From assembly GCA_052168235.1 (NCBI GenBank), contig JBQLZK010000002.1, positions 192,001 to 256,000 on the forward strand: DNA of 64,000 nt, given 5' to 3'. Under the pieces are notes generated by a model. It was not told where the DNA came from. It searched no databases and saw only the letters and a list, made by a program, of their open reading frames with translations. The stretch comes from Thainema sp. GTDB taxonomy: Bacteria > Cyanobacteriota > Cyanobacteriia > Phormidesmidales > Phormidesmidaceae. How positions within the stretch are numbered: the first letter of the stretch is position 1; every line of letters starts with the position of its first letter. A program made the position numbers and the translations under genes. Shown here piece by piece: positions 62,842 through 64,000 of the stretch.

Positions 62842-64000
62842 ATGTCGCGCCTCCTCGTCACGCAGTATCAATCTGAAGTTGATAGCCTCATCCGCTATGG
62901 TGGGTCGCGCAATGAAGCCAGCATTCGGCGGGCGTTTGAAAATTTGCTGAACCAGTACTGCAAGCCGCGCAACTACATGCTGGTGCCAGAGCTGGACTAC
63001 AAGACCAAGTTCAATACGACGGTTAGGCCCGATGGCACAGTGAAGGATGCTATTCGCCTAGAGCATGGCTGGTGGGAGAGCAAAGACGAATACGACGTGC
63101 TCGATGAGGAAATTGAGAAGAAGTTTGCTAAGGGCTATCCCGACGAAAATATTTTGTTTGAAGACTCCCAGACGGCGGTGCTGTATCAGCATGGGCGGGA
63201 GCAGTTGCGGGTGTCGATGCGCGATGCCGATGAGCTGGACGGGCTGATCGCCACGTTTGTCGATTACGAACGGCCTGAAGTGCGGGACTTTCGGACGGCG
63301 ATCAAAGCCTTTCGCGATGATATTCCTCACATTCTGGAAGCGCTGCGAGATCAAATTCATCAGGCCGAGCGAGAAAATGAGCGGTTCCGGGAACGCCGCA
63401 ACACGTTTCTGGAAGTCTGCCGCCAGTCCATCAACCCGGAAATTGAGATCTTCGACATCCATGAGATGTTGATTCAGCACATTCTCACGGAGGATATTTT
63501 CACCAATATTTTCCATGAGTCGCAGTTTCACCGCGAAAACAACATCGCGCGGGAAATCTCAGAAATTCTCGCCACGTTTTTTACGGGAGCGACGCGCAAG
63601 AATACGCTGAAAAGCATTGAGCACTACTACGCGGTGATCCGCCGCAAGTCGGAAAACATCGCCAATCACCACGAAAAGCAGAAGTTTCTCAAGGCGGTGT
63701 ATGAGAACTTTTACAAGGCGTACAACCCCAAAGCTGCGGATCGGCTGGGCATTGTCTACACGCCGAATGAAATTGTGCGCTTCATGATTGAGAGTGCCGA
63801 TTATTTGACCCACAAGCATTTTGGCAAGCTGCTGAGTGATCCGGGGGTGGAGATTTTAGACCCCTGCACGGGTACGGGCACCTATGTGACGGAGCTGATT
63901 GAGTATTTGCCAACCGATAAGCTGGAGCACAAATATAAGCATGAGATTCACTGCAATGAAGTGGCGATTTTGCCCTATTACATTGCGAACTTGAATATTG
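62842..64000 (+). CDS. Type ISP/IIG-like restriction-modification enzyme with N6-adenine methyltransferase (5' part; runs off the right edge, not in the ORF track)
   Basis: MSRLLVTQYQSEVDSLIRYGGSRNEASIRRAFENLL..PDG..WESKD (PD-(D/E)xK-like), YENFYKAYNPKAADRLGIVYTPNEIV, ILDPCTGTGT (motif I), NEVAILPYYIANLNI. Confidence 0.85.
   Translation, partial: MSRLLVTQYQSEVDSLIRYGGSRNEASIRRAFENLLNQYCKPRNYMLVPELDYKTKFNTTVRPDGTVKDAIRLEHGWWESKDEYDVLDEEIEKKFAKGYPDENILFEDSQTAVLYQHGREQLRVSMRDADELDGLIATFVDYERPEVRDFRTAIKAFRDDIPHILEALRDQIHQAERENERFRERRNTFLEVCRQSINPEIEIFDIHEMLIQHILTEDIFTNIFHESQFHRENNIAREISEILATFFTGATRKNTLKSIEHYYAVIRRKSENIANHHEKQKFLKAVYENFYKAYNPKAADRLGIVYTPNEIVRFMIESADYLTHKHFGKLLSDPGVEILDPCTGTGTYVTELIEYLPTDKLEHKYKHEIHCNEVAILPYYIANLNI

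Noticed and set aside
62547..62876. 109-aa ORF as an intact gene
   Set aside because: Only the first 45 or so codons resemble GlnT; the rest is read-through overlapping the R-M gene start

Overview
Cyanobacterial chromosomal DNA, shown by abundant HIP1 GCGATCGC sites, NtcA boxes and typical cyanobacterial gene families. It is probably from a filamentous, salt-tolerant lineage (inference). Most of the window is core genome: urtABCD urea transporter with a canonical NtcA promoter, cysH, a probable 6S RNA, sigE, Fd-GOGAT (glsF), the rpsL-rpsG-fusA-tuf-rpsJ operon, pheA, rne-rnhB, map, aroB and Fe-SOD. The features most worth following up are: (1) a helically phased array of cyanobacterial DnaA boxes (TTTTCCACA) at about 57.15-57.57 kb, with no dnaA or dnaN nearby, upstream of a small DUF2811 gene; (2) an NtcA-box-preceded, translationally coupled desaturase-like plus alpha/beta-hydrolase pair, followed by a truncated type III glutamine synthetase (glnT/gmaS-like) remnant and a restriction-modification gene, which looks like a broken nitrogen-scavenging cluster; (3) a family of about 100-bp palindromic MITE-like elements with up to 6 copies; (4) divergent glucosylglycerate synthesis and phosphorylase genes with no adjacent phosphatase. 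No CRISPR array, rRNA, tRNA or intact transposase was seen. All family assignments come from motif recognition by eye, not database searches.
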